DNA of 63,563 nucleotides, counting the filler, from Kipferlia bialata (taxonomy: Eukaryota), in assembly GCA_003568945.1 (NCBI GenBank). It is 6 parts of 6 records of this genome, joined end to end, with 100 filler letters (N's around TTAATTAATTAA, not from the genome) between each part and the next. Parts side by side here need not be neighbours in the genome. Positions count along the whole stretch, not along the records: positions 27,163 to 40,625 come from BDIP01000943.1; 5 more parts are not named here. One strand, written 5' to 3'. This document shows positions 27,266 to 37,326 of the stretch, piece by piece. Position numbers and translations under genes: made by a program. The number at the start of each line of letters is the position of its first letter. The stretch's first letter is position 1. Under the pieces are notes generated by a model that saw only the letters and a program-made list of their open reading frames with translations, was not told the DNA's origin and did not search any database.

Positions 27266-27469
27266 ATGGAGCACAAGATCAACGAGGAGCTCGAAAAGCT
27301 GGACAAATGGTTCAACCACACAGCACACACAGGATTCTCCTATGAGGACCATAGTAATGGAGTGTTTGAATATGAGTACTCCAAACATGAAAAGATATTA
27401 GACAACCTAATCTCACATGCAAAGATCCATTTTCCAGATATATTAGTAGACTTGATTGCACTACGATAG
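27266..27469 (+). CDS. PLV small hypothetical protein
   Basis: 67-aa ORF MEHKINEELEKL... preceded by the element's CTATATATA motif. Confidence 0.55.
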   Translation: MEHKINEELEKLDKWFNHTAHTGFSYEDHSNGVFEYEYSKHEKILDNLISHAKIHFPDILVDLIALR

Positions 27470-27516
27470 TTGTGTAACTATTGTAATTTATTTGGCATCT
27501 ATATATACATACTTCG

Positions 27517-28266
27517 ATGGACGATAACGACTACAATTATTCCAACGCCGAAGACCGTACTATGCGTAATGTTGATTACCTACTCAGTCCACATAGCAGC
27601 AGCTTATATCAGAAGAGCTTAGTGATTGGTGATGCGGGTGCCGGAAAAAGCTACTTTATAGATGAGCTGATACGGTATTACATACGATTCCCAGGCCCCT
27701 ACCGATTCGTCTATATTGTCGGGCCAACCATTAAGCAATACAAGGACCTGATACTATATACCGATTACGTGAATAAGCAGAAGGGCACCAAACACAAACT
27801 GGAGAAGCGTGAATTTGCCAGGCTCGGAGTGCAGCTGATTAGGAGTATTACGACCGACTACGATTTACTTGAGGATGTAACTGATAGCATTATTATATTT
27901 GATGACATCAGTGCGAAGGAGCAGAAATTGGCAGACCAGATCATCCAGGTGAGTCGTAACAACAAGAATATGGTGTTCAATCTGATCAAGAACTCAGACT
28001 ATCTAAAGCGTTCAACCTTCACCCAGTACAACACATTTATCATGTTCAAGACTTCTCACGACCTGGCCTTCGAACGTCTCTATGATATCACACTGGCTAA
28101 GGTGAATGATAAGAAGAATATCAAGAAGCTGTACAACACAATCAGTGACAGAAAGAACAAGCACAGCAAATTCATTGTTAACACTAACGGAGACACACCG
28201 GCATTGGTGTACTTCATATTGGATAAGGATAATGCTCTGTTCATCGACCAAAGCTTGGAGTTTTGA
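27517..28266 (+). CDS. A32/FtsK-like DNA packaging ATPase
   Basis: Walker A LVIGDAGAGKS, Walker B SIIIFDD and arginine-finger-like QVSRNN. The 249-aa length is typical of PLV/Polinton ATPases. Confidence 0.85.
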   Translation: MDDNDYNYSNAEDRTMRNVDYLLSPHSSSLYQKSLVIGDAGAGKSYFIDELIRYYIRFPGPYRFVYIVGPTIKQYKDLILYTDYVNKQKGTKHKLEKREFARLGVQLIRSITTDYDLLEDVTDSIIIFDDISAKEQKLADQIIQVSRNNKNMVFNLIKNSDYLKRSTFTQYNTFIMFKTSHDLAFERLYDITLAKVNDKKNIKKLYNTISDRKNKHSKFIVNTNGDTPALVYFILDKDNALFIDQSLEF

Positions 28267-28318
28267 AAGGGTATTTATTATTTAATATTTTCTGGCGTGA
28301 TACATATACAGAGGTAAC

Positions 28319-28732
28319 ATGACTATCATTACCATCAAGACAGCAGGAGACGTACTCCCAATTGTGACCAGACGCGGTGTGCTTGAGCCACTGAAGGAGA
28401 TGCTGACTACACTGGATCGTGTGAAATGGATCTCTAACCACTGCGATAATCCGGGTGAATATGAGAGTATTTGCATTGACGCACGGTATTTGAGACGGCT
28501 TGGTGTACGTATTACACTCAACGGGGAATACGACATAGCCACCATTGACCCAATGGTTTTCCAGAGAATACAGTATCCTCACAGAGATGAACTCCCTGAT
28601 ATCTCCCGCAAGGAGGGTGAGAGCGTAGAAGCTTACCAAAAGAAGCGTTGTGATGCTTCCAGAACCAGAAATATACAGAGGCAGGAGATGATGAGTGTCG
28701 AGCTTAACTTTGTCATAACTGTCTTTGACTAA
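28319..28732 (+). CDS. PLV hypothetical protein
   Basis: 137-aa intronless ORF that fills the gap between the ATPase and the YR. Confidence 0.6.
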   Translation: MTIITIKTAGDVLPIVTRRGVLEPLKEMLTTLDRVKWISNHCDNPGEYESICIDARYLRRLGVRITLNGEYDIATIDPMVFQRIQYPHRDELPDISRKEGESVEAYQKKRCDASRTRNIQRQEMMSVELNFVITVFD

Positions 28733-28769
28733 ATACAGTAATTTTTTACGCCCTAAAAAATATATACAG

Positions 28770-30272
28770 TCATACAAGGCCGGAGCTCACAAACAGCCTA
28801 TTCAGAATATCTACATCTGAGTCATCCGAGTCTACACTGGAGTCATCTGAATCCAACAGCTCGTCCCAGCCACCGGCCCTACGTGTTTGTACCCTTCTTC
28901 TAATTGGCCTCACCTTCTTCACAAATGGCTTCTTCTTTGGCTTAACGGACACTGTCTTCTTTTTTACTGGTTTCGGTGCCTCCTCCTTGAAGTATGACAT
29001 ATCTGGAAATACATCTTCAGAAGTGGAAGACTCACTGTCAATAGCATCTTCATCTGGTTGATCCATATCTAAGTTGCGCATACTGGGCATATCGTTCTCC
29101 TCAGCTTGCTTATCATACTCCTGGGACAATAAATACGACGAGATATGAGTCTGGAGGTTGTGTCCCATATCATTAGATAAGGCCTGGAGCTGGCGAACAT
29201 CGTGTAGGTACCAGGTTGCCAAGCTTTTTCTGATTATACCGATGTTGATCGACGGTTTTGTGATCAGTTTAACTAGCTTGGCGATGCCCGATGAGGTGGT
29301 GATGTTCAGGAGGAAGTGATCCTTATTCTTGTCCTTGAGAAATTCACTATAGATGTACCGCCTGTAGAACTCCACGACCTGGTTGGTCTGCTTAATGGGC
29401 AAAGCATATATATTGTACATGGCATAGTTGTATAGCTCCAGCTCCACTTGTCCGAACGCAAAGTATGTCTTATACCTCTTCAGAATCAGCTTTGATGGTG
29501 CTAGGTCTATATTGTTAAGATCTAGGAAGTTGTATCTCTCTCTACTAAGAGGAATGAACGTCTTATCAACGTCAGGATCTGAGTCTTCAGATTCCTCCAT
29601 ACCATAATCTTCAGTGGCGTCGAACTTAGCTATTTTGGCCCAGTTTAACTTCTTGGCTGGTTTGATGTTCTTCCTATCTGGACCCAACACCAACCCCAAG
29701 AGTGATCCATTCCTCCTGGTCATATTCATAAATAGGAGCCAGAACACCATGAATTTTCGGAATGCCTGGACTCTCATCGGTTTCATGATATCGAAGTTCG
29801 CCTCATATGTGTGTCTATCCATGAGGTCTTTACATGGGGTATATAGCCTATTATACCATTCATGGACCTCTTCTCGCTGGATTAGTTCCTGTGGCTTGAG
29901 GATCCATCCTCGTTCCTTGTATAAATCACCGGTACTATGGTTCAGTAGAGTAACGAATGGGGCGGTTTTGTAGGACTTGTTCGTGTAACTCCCCAATGCT
30001 TGCAACAGTGTCCTGATGGATGAAAGGCTGGCGCCATCTTCCTTTCTTAGATCGTATATCCTTTGAATCTCCTCCTCGAGGTGGGTATTGAATCGTGACC
30101 GACTGATGTTATTCTTATAGCAGTATCTAGCCAAGTCCATACTATACTGATTCACTGTCTTTTGTGAAATTGCATCTCTGGTACTCTGATTCCTATAACC
30201 ACTGATTCGGTATTTGATCTTATCATACAATTTCTTCTGTCCTTCGGGCATTGTAACATTGTTGGCTGGCAT
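28770..30272 (-). CDS. Tyrosine recombinase/integrase
   Basis: Catalytic residues in order: R (TRRNGS), K (RYKT), xxxR (GIIRKS), H (DMGHN) and Y (HISSYL). Acidic/basic C-terminal tail. Confidence 0.8.
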   Translation of the reverse strand: MPANNVTMPEGQKKLYDKIKYRISGYRNQSTRDAISQKTVNQYSMDLARYCYKNNISRSRFNTHLEEEIQRIYDLRKEDGASLSSIRTLLQALGSYTNKSYKTAPFVTLLNHSTGDLYKERGWILKPQELIQREEVHEWYNRLYTPCKDLMDRHTYEANFDIMKPMRVQAFRKFMVFWLLFMNMTRRNGSLLGLVLGPDRKNIKPAKKLNWAKIAKFDATEDYGMEESEDSDPDVDKTFIPLSRERYNFLDLNNIDLAPSKLILKRYKTYFAFGQVELELYNYAMYNIYALPIKQTNQVVEFYRRYIYSEFLKDKNKDHFLLNITTSSGIAKLVKLITKPSINIGIIRKSLATWYLHDVRQLQALSNDMGHNLQTHISSYLLSQEYDKQAEENDMPSMRNLDMDQPDEDAIDSESSTSEDVFPDMSYFKEEAPKPVKKKTVSVKPKKKPFVKKVRPIRRRVQTRRAGGWDELLDSDDSSVDSDDSDVDILNRLFVSSGLV

Positions 30273-30329
30273 CACTATTTATATTATTGATTTCTTAACA
30301 CTCTATATATAGGGTGCGAAAAACTAAAT

Positions 30330-31349
30330 ATGAATATGAAACCAATCGACGGTGACAAACTGTATCAGTTCCTATTCAGCGATACCAACAGCAGTAGAGC
30401 AGAAGATGAAAGGGAACCTGATGAGATTAAGGGAGGCGATTTCGATCCAACAAAACGAGATTTCAAGACACGTGCAAAAATCGCCAAGAAGGTCATAGAC
30501 ATCAATCTTCAGCACGATGACGAATATGACATGAACACCGAAGAGGGTGTTATTAACAATATTCAGAGACTGGATGACAAGATCAAAAAGCCGTCACAAG
30601 TCGCCGATGAGTGGATGGAGTTTGCGGGTATCATCAGACATACCTCGAAGGAGTATGCAAAGCTGGAGAGATACGGCGGAAAGACAGATGATGAACTGAA
30701 GGGTATCAAGCCAAGAACCCCCATCAACAATATCGTTGATGCCATTGGAGATATATATATCAAGAACAAGTCAAAGATCAACACATTCATTCTGACCTAT
30801 TCACATGAGGACGAGTGGTTCAAGCGGTTCTACCACTCCCAAGACATTCTGATTGCCTGTAAGAAGTATCAGACTGGTGTCGCAATTTTGAATCAAATGC
30901 GAACCGCGCAAGTGTACGGATCCAAGTGGAAGAAGTATAATACAAATCTGCCAGCTTTTGATCTGTTTGCCGATTTCTATGGTATTCTATATGATGCTAA
31001 TAAGGACATAGATACTGCCAATGGTATATCTGAACCCGACATACAAGGGCAGGGAATGGCCCCAAAGAAGCGTAAGTCCGGCGTTAAGAACAACAAGGAA
31101 CTGTTATCTTTCGTGAACTCGGTTGTAGATGTAAAGTCGCAGATAAAGAACCCTGTGTATACGAAGATGGCGATGATGGAATCCGGGAAGCTGAATGATG
31201 GTATCCGTAAGCTCCTCAAACAGAAAACCATAACCGATAAGGGCGAGGCTATGATACTAGTCTGCATCAGTATTCTGAAGTTGAGACAGGAGATCGACAT
31301 TAGGGAGATAGCCGTTATATTCAAGATTCTGAAGAAAAAAAGGGCATAA
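30330..31349 (+). CDS. PLV hypothetical protein, possible core precursor
   Basis: 339-aa ORF containing adenain-consensus-like sites IKGG/D and IQGQ/G, with a basic C-terminal part. Confidence 0.65.
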   Translation: MNMKPIDGDKLYQFLFSDTNSSRAEDEREPDEIKGGDFDPTKRDFKTRAKIAKKVIDINLQHDDEYDMNTEEGVINNIQRLDDKIKKPSQVADEWMEFAGIIRHTSKEYAKLERYGGKTDDELKGIKPRTPINNIVDAIGDIYIKNKSKINTFILTYSHEDEWFKRFYHSQDILIACKKYQTGVAILNQMRTAQVYGSKWKKYNTNLPAFDLFADFYGILYDANKDIDTANGISEPDIQGQGMAPKKRKSGVKNNKELLSFVNSVVDVKSQIKNPVYTKMAMMESGKLNDGIRKLLKQKTITDKGEAMILVCISILKLRQEIDIREIAVIFKILKKKRA

Positions 31350-31364
31350 AGGGCAATGTATTTT

Positions 31365-31934
31365 TTACGCTAGACTGTTGATGGTCTTGTTGAGAATTTC
31401 CACATTTTGAGCGATAGTCTTCTCATAAAATCGAGTGTTGTATATTATGGCCGACCCAACACAGGCATTAATCTTTCGTTGGTGGGAGGAGTCCCCAGGT
31501 GGCACTAACTTTGATATATTATGGCTCATATACAGAAGCCACGATAAACAATACCAACCACAAAGCCTGTTATCATTATCTACCTGAAGATCATTCTCTA
31601 ACCACTCTGGTAGGTTCACAACAACCGATGTCTTCCCAATGAGTTTCTTGACCCCTGTATTGCACTTGGTCAGATCCGTAGAGTCGTAGTAGATATATAT
31701 GGATTTGCCTGGGACCTTAAAGAGACAGGTATAATGTGCCCCCATGTCTGGATTCTTCTTGTTTCCAAATCGGTTGAATATGATTGTGTGATTGTTCTTG
31801 TTGAACCCCTGACTCTCAATATCTCCGTTCACCTTAGAAACAATTATGTTAATACTACCAAGGCTGGGTATATTGCCTATCACAGACTGAATTTGTGGAA
31901 TGCTCATTCCTTCATTTGTAACGGTTATTGCCAT
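31365..31934 (-). CDS. Adenain/Ulp1-like (clan CE) maturation cysteine protease
   Basis: H-D-Q-C order: GAHYTCL, YYDS and LQVDNDNRLCGWYC; 189 aa. Confidence 0.85.
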   Translation of the reverse strand: MAITVTNEGMSIPQIQSVIGNIPSLGSINIIVSKVNGDIESQGFNKNNHTIIFNRFGNKKNPDMGAHYTCLFKVPGKSIYIYYDSTDLTKCNTGVKKLIGKTSVVVNLPEWLENDLQVDNDNRLCGWYCLSWLLYMSHNISKLVPPGDSSHQRKINACVGSAIIYNTRFYEKTIAQNVEILNKTINSLA

Positions 31935-31993
31935 ATTATTATTTTGTTATTAATATATGCCGTCTATATATATAAGTCCGAAAACATTTACCT

Positions 31994-32734
31994 ATGGAAT
32001 TTGATTTCGACTACTACGGATCTATGGAAGCCGATGGCTGGCTGAAAGACACCGCACACAAGGCCCACAAAGCAATTAAGAAGTTTGTAGACAGCGACCC
32101 AATCCACACGTTCCTAAAGGGTATGTCTTCGAAAGGCGCGACAGTCGTGAAGAAAACACTCATTGAAGCTGGTAAGGATATCCTTGCGGGCAAGCGAATG
32201 AGCAGGGTTGTTACTGAAGCTATCGCCGAGCTTGGAAAACAGGGTATCCAACTTGGGAAGCAAGAAGCTGAGAAACTGATAGTAGACCAGTATAACAAGC
32301 AGACGGGATCAGGCTTCCCTGATAAGGCGGCCTTCCTCGGGTATGCCGGAGCCCTTCAAAGACATATGAGTCACCCAGACTATAAGGCACATACAAACAA
32401 GACCTATGGCGGCAAGAGTAAGAAGCCTGTAAGAACAAAACCGGCCGAAACTAGGGAGGATGAGCACGACTATTCACAGTATGGAAACAATGATTCGGCA
32501 TTCGATCCACCCAGACAACAGGACCCAACAAACATTGCACTTCAGGAGCAGAGTGGAGATCAGAATTTCGTTGATGGATTCGAAGCTCTGGACCCTGCAG
32601 AGGAGTACCGTCAACAGAGAAACCACATGGGTTCAGAGACGGTAGATAATACAACCTTGCGACCAAAGAAAACAAAATCCCGGCGCCCCCGTGATATGCA
32701 TTTCTCGATGGAGGATATTGATGCTTACTTCTAA
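31994..32734 (+). CDS. PLV hypothetical protein upstream of MCP (possible internal/core protein)
   Basis: 246-aa ORF with amphipathic N-terminal helices and QTGSG and YGGK motifs. Confidence 0.6.
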   Translation: MEFDFDYYGSMEADGWLKDTAHKAHKAIKKFVDSDPIHTFLKGMSSKGATVVKKTLIEAGKDILAGKRMSRVVTEAIAELGKQGIQLGKQEAEKLIVDQYNKQTGSGFPDKAAFLGYAGALQRHMSHPDYKAHTNKTYGGKSKKPVRTKPAETREDEHDYSQYGNNDSAFDPPRQQDPTNIALQEQSGDQNFVDGFEALDPAEEYRQQRNHMGSETVDNTTLRPKKTKSRRPRDMHFSMEDIDAYF

Positions 32735-32787
32735 TTGTTTTTATATTTGATTTTTTTTATGGTACTATATATACAAGTCAACACACA

Positions 32788-34290
32788 ATGACCGACGTTA
32801 CATCAGTACCATCTGCAGTGAGTAGGAATGAGCAGGGATTCCGAGAGCTCAACCACCTCCATTATAGTGAGGTCAATATCAACAATCAGTTGAAGGCCAC
32901 ACCGATGCTTACCGTCACAGCTAACACATGTACTAACCAACGAGCATCATTCAATCTGAAGCAGAACAACCATTACAGTCGCTTGAACGATATGAGAAAT
33001 TCCTATTTCCTTATGAAGCTCAAGGTAGCTTTGAAGACCGACGACAAGTACAAGACCGACGCTGCTGGTAGGAAGCACACAAGGTTCGGACATCTTGGCC
33101 TCATGAAGACTGTTCAGTCGCATACACTCCAGATTGGCGGCAAAGCTGTCGTTTCAACCCTAAACCATGCCTGGCTACACGGTGTTTCAATTGCTAAGAA
33201 GTTCGATAAGAACTTCCTTCGTCATCAGCGTCCATACATGATCTACAAGGAGAACGAGAGCGAGATTTGTCATGCGGACCAGGTTATCATGGATGCTGTT
33301 AACGCAGGTGAAACCGAGTGTTATATTTACGCTGTTATTCCATTCTTCATGTATTCGTCCTTTTATAACAACGCTAAGCTGCCATGCAACAACATGGATA
33401 TGACCATCGAACTGTCTCAGCCACAGGATATTCTCAATAGATGTTGCTATATCGTCACGAAGGGCGCACCTGCAGTGGTTGGATCGCCCTTTGTAGACGA
33501 TCAGAATGTGGGAGTTGCTGCAGTTCCTGCTACACCAGACACGTACGACAAATACACTTCCGATGACTGTGTCATCAAATCAATCCAGCTGGATACTTGC
33601 CATATAGAGCTAGCTCATCTGGACCTGTCTGCCGAGGCTTCCACGCAGTTGGAGAATACGAAACAGATTTCTATGGCTTATGAGAAGATCCAGGTAAACC
33701 CATACACCTTGTCAAGTGATAGCCAGACCATTAACCTAACCACCAGCTCTACCAAGGCCATTGAGATGTTTCATTGCGATAATGAGCGTACTCCGTATTT
33801 GTACAAGAGTATACAAGTTAGGAATGCGACATACAACAACAACTCGACAATGTATCCCATGAATAACTATACTGCTGATGACACAATCAACCAGATACAC
33901 AATTCATTGCTCTCCAACCTTAAGAACAATGGCCTGGTGAACCGTAGCACCTTCCAAAGTCAGTATTACATTGACGAGTCATTGGTTCTAGATAAGCCCT
34001 CATTCCACCTCAACAACTACTGCATGAGTGTCCACTCTGCCTTTGACAGGATTCCAACCACCCAGGGTGTCAAGACATTTGATAACGGTAATCTATCTAT
34101 CACCATCGTGAAGCCTACCCATATCACAGACGCTGAGATTGCCCGTGCTCAGCAAGCCGGAGATGACCCTGTCGCCTCTGCCTATAGCCCAGAAGTGTAT
34201 ATCTTAACCAGAGAGTACATTATTACCAAGCTCGAAATCGATAGCAAAGGAAATATCGACGTGGTACACCTCATCAACTCACCATCCTAG
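32788..34290 (+). CDS. Double-jelly-roll major capsid protein
   Basis: 500 aa and beta-rich, with PLV/Polinton MCP-like segments DMRNSYFLMKLKV, VQSHTLQIGGKAV, VIPFFMYSSFYNNAKLP..MDMTIEL and HIELAHLDLSAE. Located next to the penton and protease. Confidence 0.8.
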   Translation: MTDVTSVPSAVSRNEQGFRELNHLHYSEVNINNQLKATPMLTVTANTCTNQRASFNLKQNNHYSRLNDMRNSYFLMKLKVALKTDDKYKTDAAGRKHTRFGHLGLMKTVQSHTLQIGGKAVVSTLNHAWLHGVSIAKKFDKNFLRHQRPYMIYKENESEICHADQVIMDAVNAGETECYIYAVIPFFMYSSFYNNAKLPCNNMDMTIELSQPQDILNRCCYIVTKGAPAVVGSPFVDDQNVGVAAVPATPDTYDKYTSDDCVIKSIQLDTCHIELAHLDLSAEASTQLENTKQISMAYEKIQVNPYTLSSDSQTINLTTSSTKAIEMFHCDNERTPYLYKSIQVRNATYNNNSTMYPMNNYTADDTINQIHNSLLSNLKNNGLVNRSTFQSQYYIDESLVLDKPSFHLNNYCMSVHSAFDRIPTTQGVKTFDNGNLSITIVKPTHITDAEIARAQQAGDDPVASAYSPEVYILTREYIITKLEIDSKGNIDVVHLINSPS

Positions 34291-34336
34291 ACAACTAGTA
34301 TGAATTTTTTTCCCACAAAAAATAGGGACGTAAATA

Positions 34337-35122
34337 CTATACGATTATGAAGTTTATACTCCAACGCTCACCACGTAAATCTATGGGTTCAAACGAGGCG
34401 TTCCGAATATATATCGAGAAGGATCCAATAGAGTTTGCGTTAAGCTGAACTGCCCCAGCTGATTCGCTGTCAAATCGGTTGACTGCATTTGGTGTCGTGA
34501 AGTAGTTCGAGAATATGATATTGTTAATGGATGAGGTTACTTCGCTACTTGATGTTTGCATATCAGTGGTTATATTGGTGCACGATGATATATCTAGGTT
34601 AGTAGTAATGAAGAACTTGGTGTTGTCAGTAATCTTGGGGGTATACTGTCCAATGTACGTGTTATTTACAGTTGTACTACTGCGGCTGATCATATAGGGA
34701 GCGTCTTCATCAGTCTCTGTGTATCCCAGCATATATGCAAACTTATGGGTGATTGATATATTTGAAACTGTTGAGCTCACACATTTCACACCCATTCTGT
34801 TTCGACAGCCATCTGCTATGAGCTGCACACTCAGTGGCGACTTGTCGAAGAACTCCATGTTGTCCATTACATAGTCATAGAATCGTGACACGATATCGGT
34901 GGCTTCATATATACCAGAGAACATTTGAAATACACTGTTGGTTCCATCGGCTTTGGAAAAGGTGATCTCGCACTCACCATCTTCTATGTTGGTCTCCATG
35001 AATGGAATGTTAAGGCTAATCACTTTCAGAAAGTGTGATTTGTTGCTACTCAGTAAGACTTTCTGGTCCATATTGATTGTTATCGTAGATCTATCCGCTG
35101 CTGACTCTAATGCGAAATTCAT
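34337..35122 (-). CDS. Minor capsid (penton) protein, single jelly roll
   Basis: 261 aa with LKVISLNIPF..NI, FSGIYEATDI and the characteristic C-terminus SFSIYIRNASFEPIDLRGERWSINFIIV. Confidence 0.8.
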   Translation of the reverse strand: MNFALESAADRSTITINMDQKVLLSSNKSHFLKVISLNIPFMETNIEDGECEITFSKADGTNSVFQMFSGIYEATDIVSRFYDYVMDNMEFFDKSPLSVQLIADGCRNRMGVKCVSSTVSNISITHKFAYMLGYTETDEDAPYMISRSSTTVNNTYIGQYTPKITDNTKFFITTNLDISSCTNITTDMQTSSSEVTSSINNIIFSNYFTTPNAVNRFDSESAGAVQLNANSIGSFSIYIRNASFEPIDLRGERWSINFIIV

Positions 35123-35202
35123 TTACTGAGGCTATATATGGTAGTCAATATATTATTCTATTTGAAAAATAGATGTGCATCTAATATATAACACAGCACA
35201 GA

Positions 35203-36381
35203 ATGTACAGTCCATTTTACGCAGGCGTCAAGAAGCAGCTACTCGTCGAACAGCTGATAGCGGACAGTGTGCAGAAACAGAGTGCTGGTAATGTCAAGGC
35301 AGATGGCCGTAATACATTTACAGGGGCAAACCAATTCATGGTGAATATAGACACCACCAGCATTAATGACACCATATCATTCGGCGAGGACAAGGACCAG
35401 CAGTTCAAGATAAAGAAGGAGTACGATATTGTGGTGGATGAGAGATATACTTGCTTCAATACATTCATGAACGTCAATTTCGTGTATGATGCCACCCACT
35501 TCATTGTGGATGCGACAGGTGTCGGCGGTGATGTATATAAGAGTGATCTAACCAAGACCATTGTAGCCTCCACCTTCTTCAATAACAGTTACTTTGATTG
35601 TGTGACACTGGTAATCTTGTATAATGATATGAGTTACTCCATATTGAATCTGGGTGTTGAATTTGGCCTATTTAACAACACATTATCAGATGAGGTCCTA
35701 AATCTGAAGTTCTTCAACACTGGTAATAGCACCAGTGGATATGCAGATATGTATGGGGTCTCTGCAGATGGTATGTCTATACTAAAGTTCCAGTTCCAGA
35801 TGTCCAGCACTACGTCGGCCAAGATATACAAGATGAGTAACCCGTTTATAACCTACACAGAGCAATTGATCGACTTCCATATATATAATCCGACATTGGG
35901 TGACGGTGTTGGGTATTACGTACTGCTAACAGCAAGTGGTATTATGGTTGATGGATATAACGAGCTCATAGCTCAGGGGGTAGAGCAGATAGTGGGGGGC
36001 GGCAGTTATGTATATGCGTATACCTCCAGAAGTCTAGTCAGATTCAATATTATCGGCTCGGTGAAGACAGCATATGACAACACAGATAAGCCCAATGACT
36101 TGCAGCTAGGTAAGTATCTAATGATGGTCTACGATGACACTCTCAAACTATACAATGACACCCGACTCGTTGCTGAGTTCCCAAACACATATACCAATAT
36201 AGTATATAATGTATATGGTCTGATACTGGACAATGAGGTGTTGACTGAAGAGAATAGGGACCTAAAGCACCTGAAGGTAGACGGAGTGGTATATGCAGAC
36301 GACCTCATCTTCAGCAATGGTAAGTCGTTGAGAGCTATCCTATTCAATGAGACTATCAAGGAGCATTTCGTTAATGAGTAG
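35203..36381 (+). CDS. PLV beta-rich protein, putative fibre/receptor-binding protein
   Basis: 392-aa ORF rich in Y/N/T/G beta strands, with NTFTGANQF and LKVDGVVYADDL fibre-like motifs. Confidence 0.5.
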   Translation: MYSPFYAGVKKQLLVEQLIADSVQKQSAGNVKADGRNTFTGANQFMVNIDTTSINDTISFGEDKDQQFKIKKEYDIVVDERYTCFNTFMNVNFVYDATHFIVDATGVGGDVYKSDLTKTIVASTFFNNSYFDCVTLVILYNDMSYSILNLGVEFGLFNNTLSDEVLNLKFFNTGNSTSGYADMYGVSADGMSILKFQFQMSSTTSAKIYKMSNPFITYTEQLIDFHIYNPTLGDGVGYYVLLTASGIMVDGYNELIAQGVEQIVGGGSYVYAYTSRSLVRFNIIGSVKTAYDNTDKPNDLQLGKYLMMVYDDTLKLYNDTRLVAEFPNTYTNIVYNVYGLILDNEVLTEENRDLKHLKVDGVVYADDLIFSNGKSLRAILFNETIKEHFVNE

Positions 36382-36433
36382 ACGTAAAAATAGGCATGCA
36401 CTACTGGCATGTCTAATAGTCATTTTTTGTCTC

Positions 36434-37282
36434 TTATAGGTTGGCAATCTCTGCATTGATCCAGGTTGACCAGTCTGAGTCAGCTGGACACCTATCACCA
36501 AATGCCTGGAATGCTGAGAGGTCGTTGTCGAACATCTTCTCTAGGATGACAGATGCATCAGCCCAGTACTCATCTATTGTCGTGTACACTATGTCAAGTG
36601 GGCTCTTGCACATAATTATGGTTGATGCCCAACCGAACTCTGTGTCAGCATCTAGCTCAATTCCAATTGTGTCCATATAGAGATTTTCAGTAAGTGGAGA
36701 ATCATTCAGCCCCAGTGTTGACTCAAAGAATACCCTGAAGTCTGCATTCACTGTAAAATCATCATCAAGCAGTCCTCCTGTGATATATTCTCTGACCCTC
36801 TCGCAGGTTAGTGCCATCACATCATACCATGGTACCCTAATTGTACCAGAGAATCCTTGAATAGAGTCTAGCTCCACAATCTTAGCAATGAGCTCTGCAT
36901 CAGTGAGTACCACCTCATCTGAAACATCCACCAGTGCTGCAATCTCACTGATATCCTCGTCAGTCAGTGTGTGATCCACTAGGTTTGCAATGGTAGTCAT
37001 ATCATCATCTGTGAGAATATAGTCAGCACCTCTCTCGCCAGTCTCGCCAATTACTCCTTGAAGTCCGGTATATCCTCTAAGACCACGTTCACCAGTAGCA
37101 CCGGTGGGTCCAATCTCCCCATCTACACATGAACACTCATCGTCCCCAACACTGACAAAGCTAAATGTGGCCATGGACAGGGCCAGTGTTCCAATTAGCC
37201 CTATCAGGGTCATGCAAATGTAGAGTGCCATACGACTGTTCTTCTTCTCTTGGTGAATAATAACACTGCCTGGTAGCATCAT
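36434..37282 (-). CDS. Membrane-anchored collagen-repeat protein
   Basis: N-terminal hydrophobic segment (ALYICMTLIGLIGTLALSMATFSFV), CSC, about 10 Gly-X-Y triplets, then acidic LTDxD repeats. Confidence 0.7.
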   Translation of the reverse strand: MMLPGSVIIHQEKKNSRMALYICMTLIGLIGTLALSMATFSFVSVGDDECSCVDGEIGPTGATGERGLRGYTGLQGVIGETGERGADYILTDDDMTTIANLVDHTLTDEDISEIAALVDVSDEVVLTDAELIAKIVELDSIQGFSGTIRVPWYDVMALTCERVREYITGGLLDDDFTVNADFRVFFESTLGLNDSPLTENLYMDTIGIELDADTEFGWASTIIMCKSPLDIVYTTIDEYWADASVILEKMFDNDLSAFQAFGDRCPADSDWSTWINAEIANL

Positions 37283-37326
37283 GTCAGCCGCTGTATATAT
37301 ATAAGGGCGAAAAAATATAATATTAC

